Part shown: piece after piece, positions 40,455-50,742 of the stretch
Layout: each line of letters begins with the position of its first letter
How positions within the stretch are numbered: position 1 is the stretch's first letter
The notes under the pieces: generated by a model
What the model saw: only the letters and a program-made list of their open reading frames with translations
Database searches by the model: none
What the model was told of the DNA's origin: nothing
Made by a program: the position numbers and the translations under genes
NCBI GenBank assembly: GCA_022844165.1
Contig: JALHMH010000005.1
Coordinates: 64,001 to 128,000, forward strand
Source: Lysobacterales bacterium
Lineage (GTDB): Bacteria > Pseudomonadota > Gammaproteobacteria > Xanthomonadales > SZUA-5
Reading direction: 5' to 3'
DNA: 64,000 nucleotides

Positions 40455-42242
40455 TTACTTCTGAACCGCAAATTCGGGGGACATGATGATGACTCGGATG
40501 ACATCGCGCACTCGATCCCGACGCTGATCGTTAGTGGTCGGCGCCGCTTGTGATGTCAGCATGGTCAGCAGCGTGGCGCGCATCGCCGCACTCATGTTGC
40601 CGTGCATCAACCGCAGCCCGAGCTCATCAATCATTTGCCCGTAGGTGGTCGCGTTTGCCGTTTGAATCTGATTGAAGTAGGTATCCAGCTGCACGCAGGG
40701 CCGAGTCGTCGCGCCGCAGGTGTACAGGCCCGCAATTGTGAACCAGCCCGTATCGGCCACACGATTCTGAATCGTGTTGTTCATGCGCGACACCGACGAC
40801 TCGTTGAGGATCTGAAACTCCGGCGAGTACAGGTTGGCGTTTTGTACCGGGCCAGGTTGTTGATAGTCGGGCTCGTAGAAATTGAACACCGAGGGTGAAC
40901 TGTACGGTCGTTGGTTGAACTCACCGGAGAATCCGAGGGAAGAGCTGATGTTCCCGATACTCGAACCCGTCGTATCTGGTTGCGCCGGCACGACATCCAG
41001 CCCTCGCCACAACGCCGTCATCCGCAACACGGGCTCTCGCAGCTTGCCGAAATTAGCGCTCGGCGCATTCCGGGCTTCAGCGTCCATCAACACCGCTCGC
41101 AGCACCGCGCGCAGATCGCCGCGCACGCCCTGGCCATTGTTGACGAACACGTTGGCGACGCGGCTGATGTAGGCCGGCGACGGGTTGGAGGTTGTGAACC
41201 GCTGAATCAACTGCCGCGCATAAAACGGTGGCACTGAGCTGTGGTTGGCAATCGCGTTCAACGCCGCATTGATATCGCCCTCACAGCCGGCTTGCGTATC
41301 GGCAACCGCCGGCAGCGTGATGTTATTGAAGATCAGCTTGCTGCCAAAGTCGTGGAACGTTCGGCCTGTGACCAAATAGTTTTGGTTGTTCGGCGGGTTG
41401 TTCATCGGGAAACAAATCATCGGCAACATCAGGTCGCGGTTGGTGTTGTTACCGAAACTCGTATTCGTAAAACTCGAACGTCCATAGGTCAACCCGGTAA
41501 AGACCCGCGACAACTGCGCGATGATCTCGTTGTTGTAGGTCGGAACGGGCTGACCGCCGGAAAGTTGCGGCGAAAAGTCCAGATTGCGCTGAATCAGACC
41601 GAACGAAAACAGCTGCATCACTTCGCGCGCATAATTCTCGTCGGGCAAAATGGTGGTGGGCGGTGTACCGGACTGGTATGCCGCCCGGCTTCGTACATAA
41701 GTCAACCATTCGGCCATCGCCGGGCTGAAAGTGACGTTGCCCAGCAGCGTTCGGTAGTTGCCGAACGCACCGCGTGTCAGCATGTCCGCATATTCGGCGA
41801 TCAATCGCGTGTCGATACCGCCCGTATCGCCCACCACCAGGATCTGGCTGAGAGCGAACGCCATCCGCTGGCGCAATTGGTCCTGGCCGAAGGTCGCTTG
41901 CCAGTAGAAGCGGTCGACACGATGGCCCGAATTCAGCGAGAAGTTCGGATCCAGCACCAGCTGATCGAGCCAGGGCCGCGTGAGTGTCGGCGGCATCGAA
42001 AACTGTTGATCGAGCCATTGCCCATAGCCGATGGCGCGAAGGCGGGCGATTTCAGAACGCGTCGGCCCGAAAGTCGCTTGCGTCAAAAATCTCGCGGCTT
42101 CTGCATCTGTCGCGGGTGCATCGGTGACATTTTCGAAATTCGCGCGGAACAGCGTCTCGGTTTGCGCATGTAGTGCACCGGAAACGAACATCAGCGCTGA
42201 CCAGACGACGGTCTGCAGCGCAATCTGACGTATGTATCGCAT
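40455..42242 (-). CDS. DUF1800-family exported protein
   Basis: Signal peptide; AARFL.QATFGP, DQLRQRMAFALSQI.V, PDENYAREVMQLFS.GL, TSNPSPAYI.RV, GKLREP, SPSVFNFY.P.Y, SPEF. Confidence 0.88.
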   Translation of the reverse strand: MRYIRQIALQTVVWSALMFVSGALHAQTETLFRANFENVTDAPATDAEAARFLTQATFGPTRSEIARLRAIGYGQWLDQQFSMPPTLTRPWLDQLVLDPNFSLNSGHRVDRFYWQATFGQDQLRQRMAFALSQILVVGDTGGIDTRLIAEYADMLTRGAFGNYRTLLGNVTFSPAMAEWLTYVRSRAAYQSGTPPTTILPDENYAREVMQLFSFGLIQRNLDFSPQLSGGQPVPTYNNEIIAQLSRVFTGLTYGRSSFTNTSFGNNTNRDLMLPMICFPMNNPPNNQNYLVTGRTFHDFGSKLIFNNITLPAVADTQAGCEGDINAALNAIANHSSVPPFYARQLIQRFTTSNPSPAYISRVANVFVNNGQGVRGDLRAVLRAVLMDAEARNAPSANFGKLREPVLRMTALWRGLDVVPAQPDTTGSSIGNISSSLGFSGEFNQRPYSSPSVFNFYEPDYQQPGPVQNANLYSPEFQILNESSVSRMNNTIQNRVADTGWFTIAGLYTCGATTRPCVQLDTYFNQIQTANATTYGQMIDELGLRLMHGNMSAAMRATLLTMLTSQAAPTTNDQRRDRVRDVIRVIIMSPEFAVQK

Positions 42243-42280
42243 AAAAATCCCCGTAGAGCGTGCGGCGGCTGGCCGCGTGC

Positions 42281-42323
42281 ATTATGAACCGACGACATCG
42301 ACGTTTGTGTGACCACGAACACA
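42281..42323 (-). promoter_or_regulatory. CRP/Clp-family site and -10 box of a putative class II promoter for DUF1800-DUF1501
   Basis: TGTGA-ccacga-ACACA at 42308-42323 (9/10 to TGTGA-N6-TCACA); CATAAT on the minus strand at 42286-42281. Confidence 0.55.
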
Positions 42324-42425
42324 GGCAATCATTGCGCTTCGTGACGGCGGATAGGTTCAAGGGCTTGATATCCGTCGATGCAGACACGAGATCGACACAC
42401 TTCAGCGTAGACTTCGCTCGTGCCC

Positions 42426-42983
42426 ATGAATCACTCCCTCGCCAATCAGTTCCTGATCGCTATGCCGGGCATGGACGATCCTAATTTTTCCCGAGGCGTG
42501 ACCTTCTTGTGCCAGCACAACGCCGAAGGTGCGCTGGGTATCGTTGTTAACCGTATCAGCCAGTTTAAGCTTGGCGATGTCCTGGCACAGATGCAGATCG
42601 AGTCCCACCAGCCGGGTTTAGCTGACCTGCCCGTGCATGCGGGCGGGCCTGTTCAAACAGACCGCGGCTTCGTTCTGCATGAACCCTACGGGATTTGGGA
42701 TTCGACGTTTCGGGTCAGCGAAACACTGTGCGTCACAACTTCGCGCGATGTGCTCATGGCCATGGCCGAAGGCCGTGGCCCACAGCGTGTCATCGTGGCA
42801 TTGGGATACGCCGGCTGGGGCGCCGGGCAACTCGAAAACGAAATGAAAGAGAACGCCTGGTTGACCGCACCGGCGGACAACGCCATTTTGTTCGACACGC
42901 CGCTCGATGCCCGCTGGTCGGCCGCAGCTCTGCTCACCGGAGTCGACATCGTGCGCGTCAGTGGCTATGCGGGGCACGCTTAG
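42426..42983 (+). CDS. yqgE: YqgE/AlgH family protein
   Basis: FLIAMP.M.DPNF, GGPV..DRGFVLH, TTSRDVL, LGYAGW..GQLE.E...NAWL, GHA. Confidence 0.95.
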   Translation: MNHSLANQFLIAMPGMDDPNFSRGVTFLCQHNAEGALGIVVNRISQFKLGDVLAQMQIESHQPGLADLPVHAGGPVQTDRGFVLHEPYGIWDSTFRVSETLCVTTSRDVLMAMAEGRGPQRVIVALGYAGWGAGQLENEMKENAWLTAPADNAILFDTPLDARWSAAALLTGVDIVRVSGYAGHA

Positions 42984-43060
42984 TTTCGTTCGTCGTTCAT
43001 GCAGGCCAGCTTCAAGAAAAAGGTGACGGGTCCATCGATAGCGCGCCGCTCAACCCACTC

Positions 43061-43513
43061 ATGACCGACCACCAACGACCAACCGCCAACCCAACTGCCC
43101 TCGCCTTCGACCTCGGCACTCGCTACCTCGGCATTGCGGTGGGTAACGCGCTGACACGCACGGCGCGCCCGCTGTTCACGCAAACGATGCATCCTGCACA
43201 CAAGATGTGGGAGGCTCTGGACGCGCTGATCGCGGAATGGCAACCTGCGGCATTGGTCGTGGGACTACCGCTGACGCGAGATGGCGGTGAACAGCCGATG
43301 AGTACGGCGGCGCGCGAATTCGCGGCAAGCCTTGCGAATCGCTATCGTCTGTTCGTCGCGCTCCAGGACGAGCGTGGTTCGAGCCAAAGCGCGCGCAGTC
43401 GATTTGCCGATGCGCGTAGCCAAAGTCTCGCCAAGCGCAAGAACGCAGCGCAACTGGATGCGCATGCGGCCGCCGTAATTCTGGAGGACTACCTTGCAAC
43501 TGCCGGCTATTGA
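43061..43513 (+). CDS. ruvX: Holliday junction resolvase-like / pre-16S rRNA nuclease YqgF
   Basis: LAFDLG.RY.GIAVG, EWQP..LVVGLP, DER.SS, D..AA..IL. Confidence 0.92.
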   Translation: MTDHQRPTANPTALAFDLGTRYLGIAVGNALTRTARPLFTQTMHPAHKMWEALDALIAEWQPAALVVGLPLTRDGGEQPMSTAAREFAASLANRYRLFVALQDERGSSQSARSRFADARSQSLAKRKNAAQLDAHAAAVILEDYLATAGY

Positions 43514-43994
43514 ACCCCTGCTCGCTGCCTTGGTCGACAGTGTGCGCCAGGCGCTGAACCAACGGCCCGATCCACTGGTCGTCGGCATCCATTCGGGCGG
43601 CGTTTGGCTTGCACGACACCTCGCTCAGGCCATGCAACTGACCGATCCGATTGGAACCCTGGACATCAGCTTTTATCGCGACGATCTGTCGCGCAACGGG
43701 TTTAATCCAACGGTCCGTCCGTCGCAAATTCCCTGGGATATTGAAGGGCGCCACCTGCTATTGGTCGACGATGTGCTGTACTCGGGCCGCACCGTGCGTG
43801 CCGCGCTCAACGAGCTGTTCGATTACGGGCGCCCGGCGAGCGTTACGCTGGCAGCGCTGATTGCACGTAACGGCCGTGAGCTGCCCATCGAGCCGCAGGC
43901 GATTGGCGCACGTTTGCACCTGGAACCGAACCAGCAAATCAAACTGCGCGGGCCAGATCCGTTGCGCTTAGAGTTGATCGAGGCGCCAGCATGA
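43494..43994 (+). CDS. pyrR: PyrR bifunctional regulator / uracil phosphoribosyltransferase
   Basis: [36 protein letters not shown]. Confidence 0.93.
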   Translation: MQLPAIEPLLAALVDSVRQALNQRPDPLVVGIHSGGVWLARHLAQAMQLTDPIGTLDISFYRDDLSRNGFNPTVRPSQIPWDIEGRHLLLVDDVLYSGRTVRAALNELFDYGRPASVTLAALIARNGRELPIEPQAIGARLHLEPNQQIKLRGPDPLRLELIEAPA

Positions 43995-44953
43995 GTTTGC
44001 AGATCGACGCAGACGGTCGACTCAGGCATCTGTTGACGATCGACGGAATACCCAAACGGAATTTGACCGAGATCCTCGATCAGGCGGACGCGTTGAGGTC
44101 GGTCGCGTTGCGCGGCAACAAAAAACTGCCTTTGCTGCGCGGACGTACCGTCTGCAATCTCTTTTTTGAGCCATCGACCCGCACGCGCACCACTTTCGAA
44201 CTGGCGGCCGAGCGACTATCCGCGGATGTGATCAACATCGACATCGGCAGTTCGTCGACCAGCAAGGGTGAGAGTCTGCTCGACACCCTGGCCACGCTCG
44301 AGGCGATGCATTGCGATCTGTTCGTCGTGCGGCACCCAGATTCGGGCGCCGCGCATTTCATCGCCGAACATGCTAAGGAGGGCGTCGCCGTGCTCAATGC
44401 CGGCGATGGTCGGCATGCGCATCCTACTCAGGCTTTGCTCGACGCTTACACGATTCGCCGCCACAAGCCGCACTTCGAAACACTAACGGTCGCACTTGTT
44501 GGCGATCTTTTGCACTCGCGCGTGGCCAGGTCTGGCCTCACCTGCCTGGGCACACTCGGCATCGGCGAGCTGCGCGCAATCGGGCCGCGAACGCTGTTGC
44601 CGCCGACGCTCGATGAGTTGGGCGTGCGCGTGTTCACCGACTTCAACCAGGGCATCGCAGACTGCGATGTTGTCATCATGCTGCGCCTGCAGAAAGAGCG
44701 CATGCGCGGCGCTTTGGTACCTTCGGAAAGCGAGTACTTCAAGCGCTATGGCTTGACCGAGGAACGACTCGGCCGCGCCAAGCCAGATGCGATCGTGATG
44801 CACCCAGGCCCGATGAATCGCGGCGTAGAGATCGCCAGCGAAGTGGCCGACGGACCGCAGTCGGTCATTCTCGAGCAGGTGTCGAACGGTCTTGCCGTGC
44901 GCATGGCGGTGATGAGCCAGATCCTGGGCGCCGCGGTGAAGGAGGCGACGTGA
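43991..44953 (+). CDS. pyrB: Aspartate carbamoyltransferase catalytic subunit
   Basis: [43 protein letters not shown]. Confidence 0.97.
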   Translation: MSLQIDADGRLRHLLTIDGIPKRNLTEILDQADALRSVALRGNKKLPLLRGRTVCNLFFEPSTRTRTTFELAAERLSADVINIDIGSSSTSKGESLLDTLATLEAMHCDLFVVRHPDSGAAHFIAEHAKEGVAVLNAGDGRHAHPTQALLDAYTIRRHKPHFETLTVALVGDLLHSRVARSGLTCLGTLGIGELRAIGPRTLLPPTLDELGVRVFTDFNQGIADCDVVIMLRLQKERMRGALVPSESEYFKRYGLTEERLGRAKPDAIVMHPGPMNRGVEIASEVADGPQSVILEQVSNGLAVRMAVMSQILGAAVKEAT

Positions 44954-46230
44954 ACTTGCTCATTCGAGGTGCGCGTCTGCGATTTCCAAATCAAGACATC
45001 GACCGTGTCGGCGACGTCTTGTTCGCCCCCGGATGCATCATCGCCATCGACCCGCCGGAAGCGCTGACCGATGGCGCGCACGTCGTCCAGGCGCGCGGTG
45101 CATGGTTGATCCCGGGCCTGTGCGATCTGGCGGCGCGCCTGCGCGAACCCGGCGCAACGCACAAGGCCGATATCCGCTCCGAGGCAACTGCAGCACTGAT
45201 CAACGGCATCACGCACCTGACCTTGCCGCCGGACACAGATCCCGTCGTGGACACTACGGCGGTCACTGAGCTGATCCTGCGGCGTGCGCGCGAAGCCCGA
45301 GGTGCTACGGTGCATGTCATCGGCGCGCTCACGCGCGGCATGGGCGAAGAGACGCTGGCGGAACTCGGAACCCTGCGCACGGCGGGTTGTATCGCAGCGG
45401 GCAACATCGGACGACCGATTGGCAACAACAACGTGTTGCGTCGCGCGCTGCAGTACGCGGCTTCGCTGGATGTGCCGGTCCACCTCCAGTCTATGGATCC
45501 ATGGATCGGTGCCGATGGTGTTGCTCACGAAGGACGGGTTGCCGCATTGCAAGGACTGGCCGGCATCCCCGAAACCGCCGAGACCCTGGCCTTGGCGCGT
45601 GACCTGATGTTGGTCGAAGAGACCGGCGTGCGCGCGCACTTCGGGCGAGTTTCGACCGCGCGCGGTGCCGCGATGATCGGTGCCGCCAAAGCGCGCGGGT
45701 TGCCGATCACGGCCGACGCAGCAATGCCCAATCTGCTATTGAACGAAAACGACATACTGCCCTTCCGCAGCGCAGCGCACTTATGGCCGCCATTACGTAC
45801 GTCGACCGACCGCGATGCGTTGCGATCCGCGCTGGCAGACGGCACATTGGATGCGGTGTGCAGCGATCACCAGCCACACGATGCCGATGCCAAGCTCAAG
45901 CCCTTTCCAGCCACCGAGCCCGGCGCATCGGGACTCGATACTTTTATTGGCCTTGGTCTGAACCTGGTCGCCAATCGTGTGTTGACGGCAGAACAGTGGA
46001 TCGATCGCGCGGCGCACGCGCCGCGTCGCGTGCTGGGACTACCCGCGCCGCTGCTCGTGCCTGACGCCCTGCCCGATTTTGCGCTGATCGATGTCGATAC
46101 TGAGCGCCTGATCGAACCGACGACGATGACATCGCGGGGCAAGAACTCGCCGTTTCTGGGCTGGCGATTGCCCGGCGTTGTGCTTCTGGCCGCGATCGGC
46201 GACCGCGTTTATCTGCGGGGCGACGCATGA
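44950..46230 (+). CDS. Dihydroorotase-like protein, probably the non-catalytic ATCase partner (PyrC')
   Basis: Amidohydrolase motifs PGL.DL...LREPG, PPLR, SDH.PH, S...NSPF.G, but the metal-binding HxH reads ARL ([10 protein letters not shown]). Confidence 0.85.
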   Translation: MNLLIRGARLRFPNQDIDRVGDVLFAPGCIIAIDPPEALTDGAHVVQARGAWLIPGLCDLAARLREPGATHKADIRSEATAALINGITHLTLPPDTDPVVDTTAVTELILRRAREARGATVHVIGALTRGMGEETLAELGTLRTAGCIAAGNIGRPIGNNNVLRRALQYAASLDVPVHLQSMDPWIGADGVAHEGRVAALQGLAGIPETAETLALARDLMLVEETGVRAHFGRVSTARGAAMIGAAKARGLPITADAAMPNLLLNENDILPFRSAAHLWPPLRTSTDRDALRSALADGTLDAVCSDHQPHDADAKLKPFPATEPGASGLDTFIGLGLNLVANRVLTAEQWIDRAAHAPRRVLGLPAPLLVPDALPDFALIDVDTERLIEPTTMTSRGKNSPFLGWRLPGVVLLAAIGDRVYLRGDA

Positions 46231-46736
46231 TTGTCCGCCGTATTGCTGCGCTATGTGCCGCACTACTCAGCGCCTGCGCAACAGTGCCGCCACCGCCGCC
46301 GGCCGCGCCAGCTCTGCCGCCTCGGGATCGTGTTGCCGAACTACGTGCTCTTGCCATGCAAACGGCATCCCGCGTTGAGGTCGCACCGCTGCAGGATCCT
46401 GCCGTGAGTTATCTGCTACAACAAACCGATCAGGCGGAGAACCAGCGGGATTTCGACACCGCACTGCGCTATATCGACGACGCGCTCACGATTGAACCTA
46501 CCAATCCGCATCTTCTACAGAGAAAAGCAGAGGTCCTGCTGGCTAAGGGCGACTTTCTGGTTGCGGAGAAATGGGCGATGAAAAGTTACGACAGTGGCGC
46601 GCAGGTGGGCCAATGGTGCATTCGAAACTGGCTGCTGCTGGCCGAATCGCGTGATGCGCTGGGCGATCTGGCGACGTCTACGGCAGCACGCCAACGCGCC
46701 AAGGGCTGCCCGGTGCTGGCAAAGCCGCGGTTCTGA
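46227..46736 (+). CDS. TPR-repeat lipoprotein
   Basis: Lipobox LSAC, Pro-rich linker, TPR-like A...D.AL.IEP.NP helices. Confidence 0.75.
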   Translation: MIVRRIAALCAALLSACATVPPPPPAAPALPPRDRVAELRALAMQTASRVEVAPLQDPAVSYLLQQTDQAENQRDFDTALRYIDDALTIEPTNPHLLQRKAEVLLAKGDFLVAEKWAMKSYDSGAQVGQWCIRNWLLLAESRDALGDLATSTAARQRAKGCPVLAKPRF

Positions 46737-46933
46737 TCAGCGCGACGAAGCAAACCCTAAGCCCAAACGGCCTCGGGCGGCGCATTCTGCTCCAGGCGTG
46801 ACCGAAAGCCCGGCAGCACAGTACCGGTCATCTGCACTGGGTTGTCAGCAAAGCAACATACGCGAGCGTATAGTCTAATGACCGGGCATCATCCCTGCCC
46901 GCCGTTTCCATCCCTTAACCTCCCAGGTCCCTT

Positions 46934-49309
46934 ATGCCCGAGCAGAAGTTACTGGTTCGCAAGGCCGCCGTTTTAGGCGCCGGCGTCATGGGCGCGCAGA
47001 TTGCTGCGCACCTTGTCAATTGCGGCGTACCCGCCGTACTCTTCGAATTGCCGGCCAAAGAAGGCCCACGCAATGGCATGGTCGACAAGGCCATCGCCAA
47101 TTTGTCGAAGCTGAGCCCCTCGCCGATTGGACTTAAAAGCGTTCCCGCGGAAATCACACCGGCGAACTACGACGATCATCTCGAATTGCTGCGCGACTGC
47201 GATTTGATCATCGAAGCGGTCGCAGAGCGTATGGATATCAAGCTGTCGCTGTACAGCAAGATCGCGCCGTTCGTGAACGATGGCGCGGTGCTGGCGAGCA
47301 ACACCTCAGGATTGTCGATCACGAAATTGTCCGAGGCGTTGCCCGATGCATTGCGCCCGCGCTTCTGCGGCATCCATTTCTTCAATCCACCGCGTTACAT
47401 GCATCTCGTCGAGTTGATCCCTACAGCGAGCACTGCTGGTGGCGTGATCGACGCGCTGGAGTCGTTTGTTGTCACGACGTTGGGCAAGCGCGTGGTGCGC
47501 GCCAAAGACACGCCCAACTTCATCGGCAATCGTATCGGCGTGTTTTCGATCGCCTCAACGATGTACCACACCGAGCAGTTTGGCCTGGGTTTCGATGAGG
47601 TCGATGCGCTCACCGGCACGCTGATCGGACGCGCAAAAAGCGCTACTTATCGCACCAGCGACGTGGTCGGCCTGGACACCATGGCGCATACGATCAAGAC
47701 CATGGACGACACGTTGCCAAACGATCCATGGCACAAGTACTTCAAGGCACCGGTGTGGCTCCGAGCGTTGATCGATAAAGGCGCTCTGGGGCAGAAGACC
47801 AAGGCCGGATTTTTCCGCAAGAAAGGCGACGTGATCGAAGTCCTCGATCTCAAAGCGCAGGACTACCGCCCGAGCGCCGGCGAAGCGAGCGCCGAGGCCG
47901 AAGGCGCGCTGCGACAGAAGGGCTGGGCCGCGCGCTTGGAAGCGCTGCGCACCTCTGACGACAAACAGGCGCAGTTTATGTGGTCGTGCTTCCGCGATTT
48001 GTTCCACTATTGCGCGGTGCAACTTGAACACATCGCCGAAAGCGCGCGCGACATCGATTTCGCGATTCGCTGGGGTTATGGCTGGGAACAAGGTCCGTTC
48101 GAGATTTGGCAGCAGGCCGGCTGGGTGAAAGTGGCCGGTTGGATCGAGGCCGATATCAAAGCCGGCAAGACCATGAGCGATACGCCGCTGCCCGCCTGGG
48201 TTCTGGCGCGCGGCGATGCCGGTGTGCACAGCCCGGGCGGTTCCTACTCGCCGGTCGCCAATGCATTGGTGCCGCGATCGAATCTGTCGGTTTATCGTCG
48301 CCAGCACTTCCCGGATGCGATCTACACCGAAAGTTTCGATCAAGGCACGACGATTTTCGAGACCGACTCAGTACGCTGCTGGCACCAGGGCGATAGCGTC
48401 GCGATCTTGAGCTTCAAGAGCAAGATGAACACCATCGGCAAAGGTGTGCTCGATGGCATCCACCAAGCGATCGCCGAAGCCGAAAAAAACTTCGACGCCT
48501 TGGTGATATGGCAAACCGGCGAGCCGTTCAGCGCTGGCGCCGATTTGAAGGACGCCATGCCGGCACTCGCCGCAGGGCGCTTCGATGAGTTCGAGCAAGC
48601 CGTTGCGTACTTCCAGGCCACCAGCATGCGCATCAAGTATGCGCTGGTGCCGGTTGTTTCTGCCGTACGCGGCATGTGTCTCGGCGGCGGCTGCGAGTTT
48701 CAAATGCATTCGGCGAAGGCCGTCTTCGCGCTTGAGAGTTACATCGGCCTGGTCGAGGCGGGCGTTGGCCTGCTGCCCGCCGGCGGGGGCTTGAAAGAAT
48801 TGGCGCTGCGCGCGGCGAATACCGCGATCGGTGGCGATGTGTTCCAGCAAGTCCAGACCATCTTTGAAGTAGCGGCGATGGCCAAGGTTGCCACCAGTGC
48901 GCTGGAAGCCAAGGAAATGAAACTGGTCCGCGCTACCGATCCGATCATCGCCAACAAAGACGAGTTGCTGTTCGTTGCGAAAAACGAAGCGTTGGCGCTG
49001 GCGCGATCTGGCTATCGCCCACCGATGCCGGCCAAAGCCATCAAGGTTGCCGGCGACATCGGCTCGGCCACCATTCGCGCCCTGCTGACGAACATGCTGG
49101 AGGGTGGCTTCGTCTCTCAGCATGACGTTGAAGTGGCCTCGCGGATCGCCACAGTGCTGTCCGGCGGCGATGTCGAGCGCGGCTCAGAGGTCGACGAAGA
49201 GTGGTTACTGAACTTGGAGCGCAAAAACTTCGTCGCACTCGCGCAGATGCCGCTGACACAGGCGCGCGTCGCGCACACGATGCGCACCGGCAAACCCTTG
49301 CGGAACTAA
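46934..49309 (+). CDS. 3-hydroxyacyl-CoA dehydrogenase / enoyl-CoA hydratase (FadN-type)
   Basis: GAGVMG, EAVAE, SNTSG, HFFNPPRY, FSAGAD, GGGCEF, GLVEAGVGLLP, ends GKPLRN. Confidence 0.93.
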   Translation: MPEQKLLVRKAAVLGAGVMGAQIAAHLVNCGVPAVLFELPAKEGPRNGMVDKAIANLSKLSPSPIGLKSVPAEITPANYDDHLELLRDCDLIIEAVAERMDIKLSLYSKIAPFVNDGAVLASNTSGLSITKLSEALPDALRPRFCGIHFFNPPRYMHLVELIPTASTAGGVIDALESFVVTTLGKRVVRAKDTPNFIGNRIGVFSIASTMYHTEQFGLGFDEVDALTGTLIGRAKSATYRTSDVVGLDTMAHTIKTMDDTLPNDPWHKYFKAPVWLRALIDKGALGQKTKAGFFRKKGDVIEVLDLKAQDYRPSAGEASAEAEGALRQKGWAARLEALRTSDDKQAQFMWSCFRDLFHYCAVQLEHIAESARDIDFAIRWGYGWEQGPFEIWQQAGWVKVAGWIEADIKAGKTMSDTPLPAWVLARGDAGVHSPGGSYSPVANALVPRSNLSVYRRQHFPDAIYTESFDQGTTIFETDSVRCWHQGDSVAILSFKSKMNTIGKGVLDGIHQAIAEAEKNFDALVIWQTGEPFSAGADLKDAMPALAAGRFDEFEQAVAYFQATSMRIKYALVPVVSAVRGMCLGGGCEFQMHSAKAVFALESYIGLVEAGVGLLPAGGGLKELALRAANTAIGGDVFQQVQTIFEVAAMAKVATSALEAKEMKLVRATDPIIANKDELLFVAKNEALALARSGYRPPMPAKAIKVAGDIGSATIRALLTNMLEGGFVSQHDVEVASRIATVLSGGDVERGSEVDEEWLLNLERKNFVALAQMPLTQARVAHTMRTGKPLRN

Positions 49310-49319
49310 GGAGAAACCC

Positions 49320-50516
49320 ATGTCCCGTCAAATACAAGATGCTTACATCGTCTCCGCGGTCCGCACGCCAGTGGGCAAGGCGCCGAAGGGGATGTTCCGC
49401 AATACCCGCCCGGACGATTTGCTGGCGCACGCACTGCGAGGCGCAGTCGGGGCGGCACCGGGCGTCGATGTCAAGCGCATTGACGACGCGATCATCGGCT
49501 GCGCGATGCCGGAAGGCGAGCAAGGCATGAATGTCGCGCGTATCGCCGTGCTGCTCGCCGGCCTGCCGAATACTGTGGCGGCAATGACCATCAACCGCTT
49601 CTGCTCCTCCGGCAGCCAGGCCGTGGCCACTGCTGCAGATCGCATTCGCCTGGGTGAGGCCGATCTAATGCTCGCTGGCGGCACCGAGAGCATGAGCATG
49701 GTGCCAATGATGGGCGGCAAACCAGCATTCAACCCGGCGATTTTCAAGGACGAAAATGTCGCCATCGCCTACGGCATGGGCATCACGGCAGAGAAGGTGG
49801 CCGAGCGCTGGAATGTATCGCGCGAAGACCAGGATGTGTTCGCCTACAACTCTCACCAGAAAGCCATTGCGGCGATCGAGAAGGGCGAGTTCCGCGATGA
49901 GATCCTGCCGTTCCTGCTCGACGATCACTATCCCGATCTTGCCTCACGCGGCTTCAAGAACGACTCGCGCAAACTCGACACCGACGAAGGCCCGCGCAAG
50001 GACACCAACGTCGAGGCGCTGAACAAGTTGCGCGCAGTCTTCAAACAAGGCGGCAGCGTCACTGCCGGCAACTCCTCGCAGATGAGCGATGGCGCAGGTG
50101 CCGTATTGCTCGCCAGCGAGCGTGCAGTCAAGGAAATGGGCTTGACGCCACTCGCACGCTGGGTCGGCTACTCGGTCGCGGGCGTGCCGCCTGAAATCAT
50201 GGGTATCGGCCCGAAGGAGGCGATTCCCAAAGTTGCCAAGCTGACTGGCATCAACGTGGCCGACATCGACTGGATCGAGCTCAATGAAGCTTTCGCCGCA
50301 CAGGCGCTGGCTGTACTGCGCGACTCAGGTCTTGATCCGAACAAGGTCAATCCGCTCGGCGGCGCCATTGCACTGGGACATCCGCTCGGAGCCACAGGCG
50401 CAATTCGCACTGCAACCCTGGTCCACGGTCTGCGTCGACGTCAACAGAAGTACGGCATGGTCACCATGTGCATCGGCACCGGCATGGGCTTTGCTGGGAT
50501 CATCGAGCGCGTTTGA
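49320..50516 (+). CDS. fadA: Acetyl-CoA C-acyltransferase (thiolase)
   Basis: RTPVG, NRFCSSG (catalytic Cys), NEAFA, GHPLGATG, CIG.GMG; TAAGGAG RBS. Confidence 0.93.
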   Translation: MSRQIQDAYIVSAVRTPVGKAPKGMFRNTRPDDLLAHALRGAVGAAPGVDVKRIDDAIIGCAMPEGEQGMNVARIAVLLAGLPNTVAAMTINRFCSSGSQAVATAADRIRLGEADLMLAGGTESMSMVPMMGGKPAFNPAIFKDENVAIAYGMGITAEKVAERWNVSREDQDVFAYNSHQKAIAAIEKGEFRDEILPFLLDDHYPDLASRGFKNDSRKLDTDEGPRKDTNVEALNKLRAVFKQGGSVTAGNSSQMSDGAGAVLLASERAVKEMGLTPLARWVGYSVAGVPPEIMGIGPKEAIPKVAKLTGINVADIDWIELNEAFAAQALAVLRDSGLDPNKVNPLGGAIALGHPLGATGAIRTATLVHGLRRRQQKYGMVTMCIGTGMGFAGIIERV

Positions 50517-50548
50517 TTCGCGATTGGGCGCTATTCAAGCGGTAACGC

Positions 50549-50583
50549 GGCGGCCCGGATGAAAATCTCGGGCCGTCTTCTTT
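50549..50583 (+). terminator. Putative intrinsic terminator after the thiolase gene
   Basis: GGCGGCCCG...CGGGCCGTC stem followed by TTCTTT. Confidence 0.55.
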
Positions 50584-50742
50584 GCATTGCCAGAGTCCTC
50601 GACGGATCCGAAACTCGTCGGTAGACGGCGCCACGTTAGAAGCTGGAAAGCACGCTGCGACCGATCTAGCAGGCAGTTGAGAAACAGCCTGCGGGCGCGA
50701 ACCATGGGTCCTGCACAGCAACCGGCGCGCGCCCGGCAGCGG

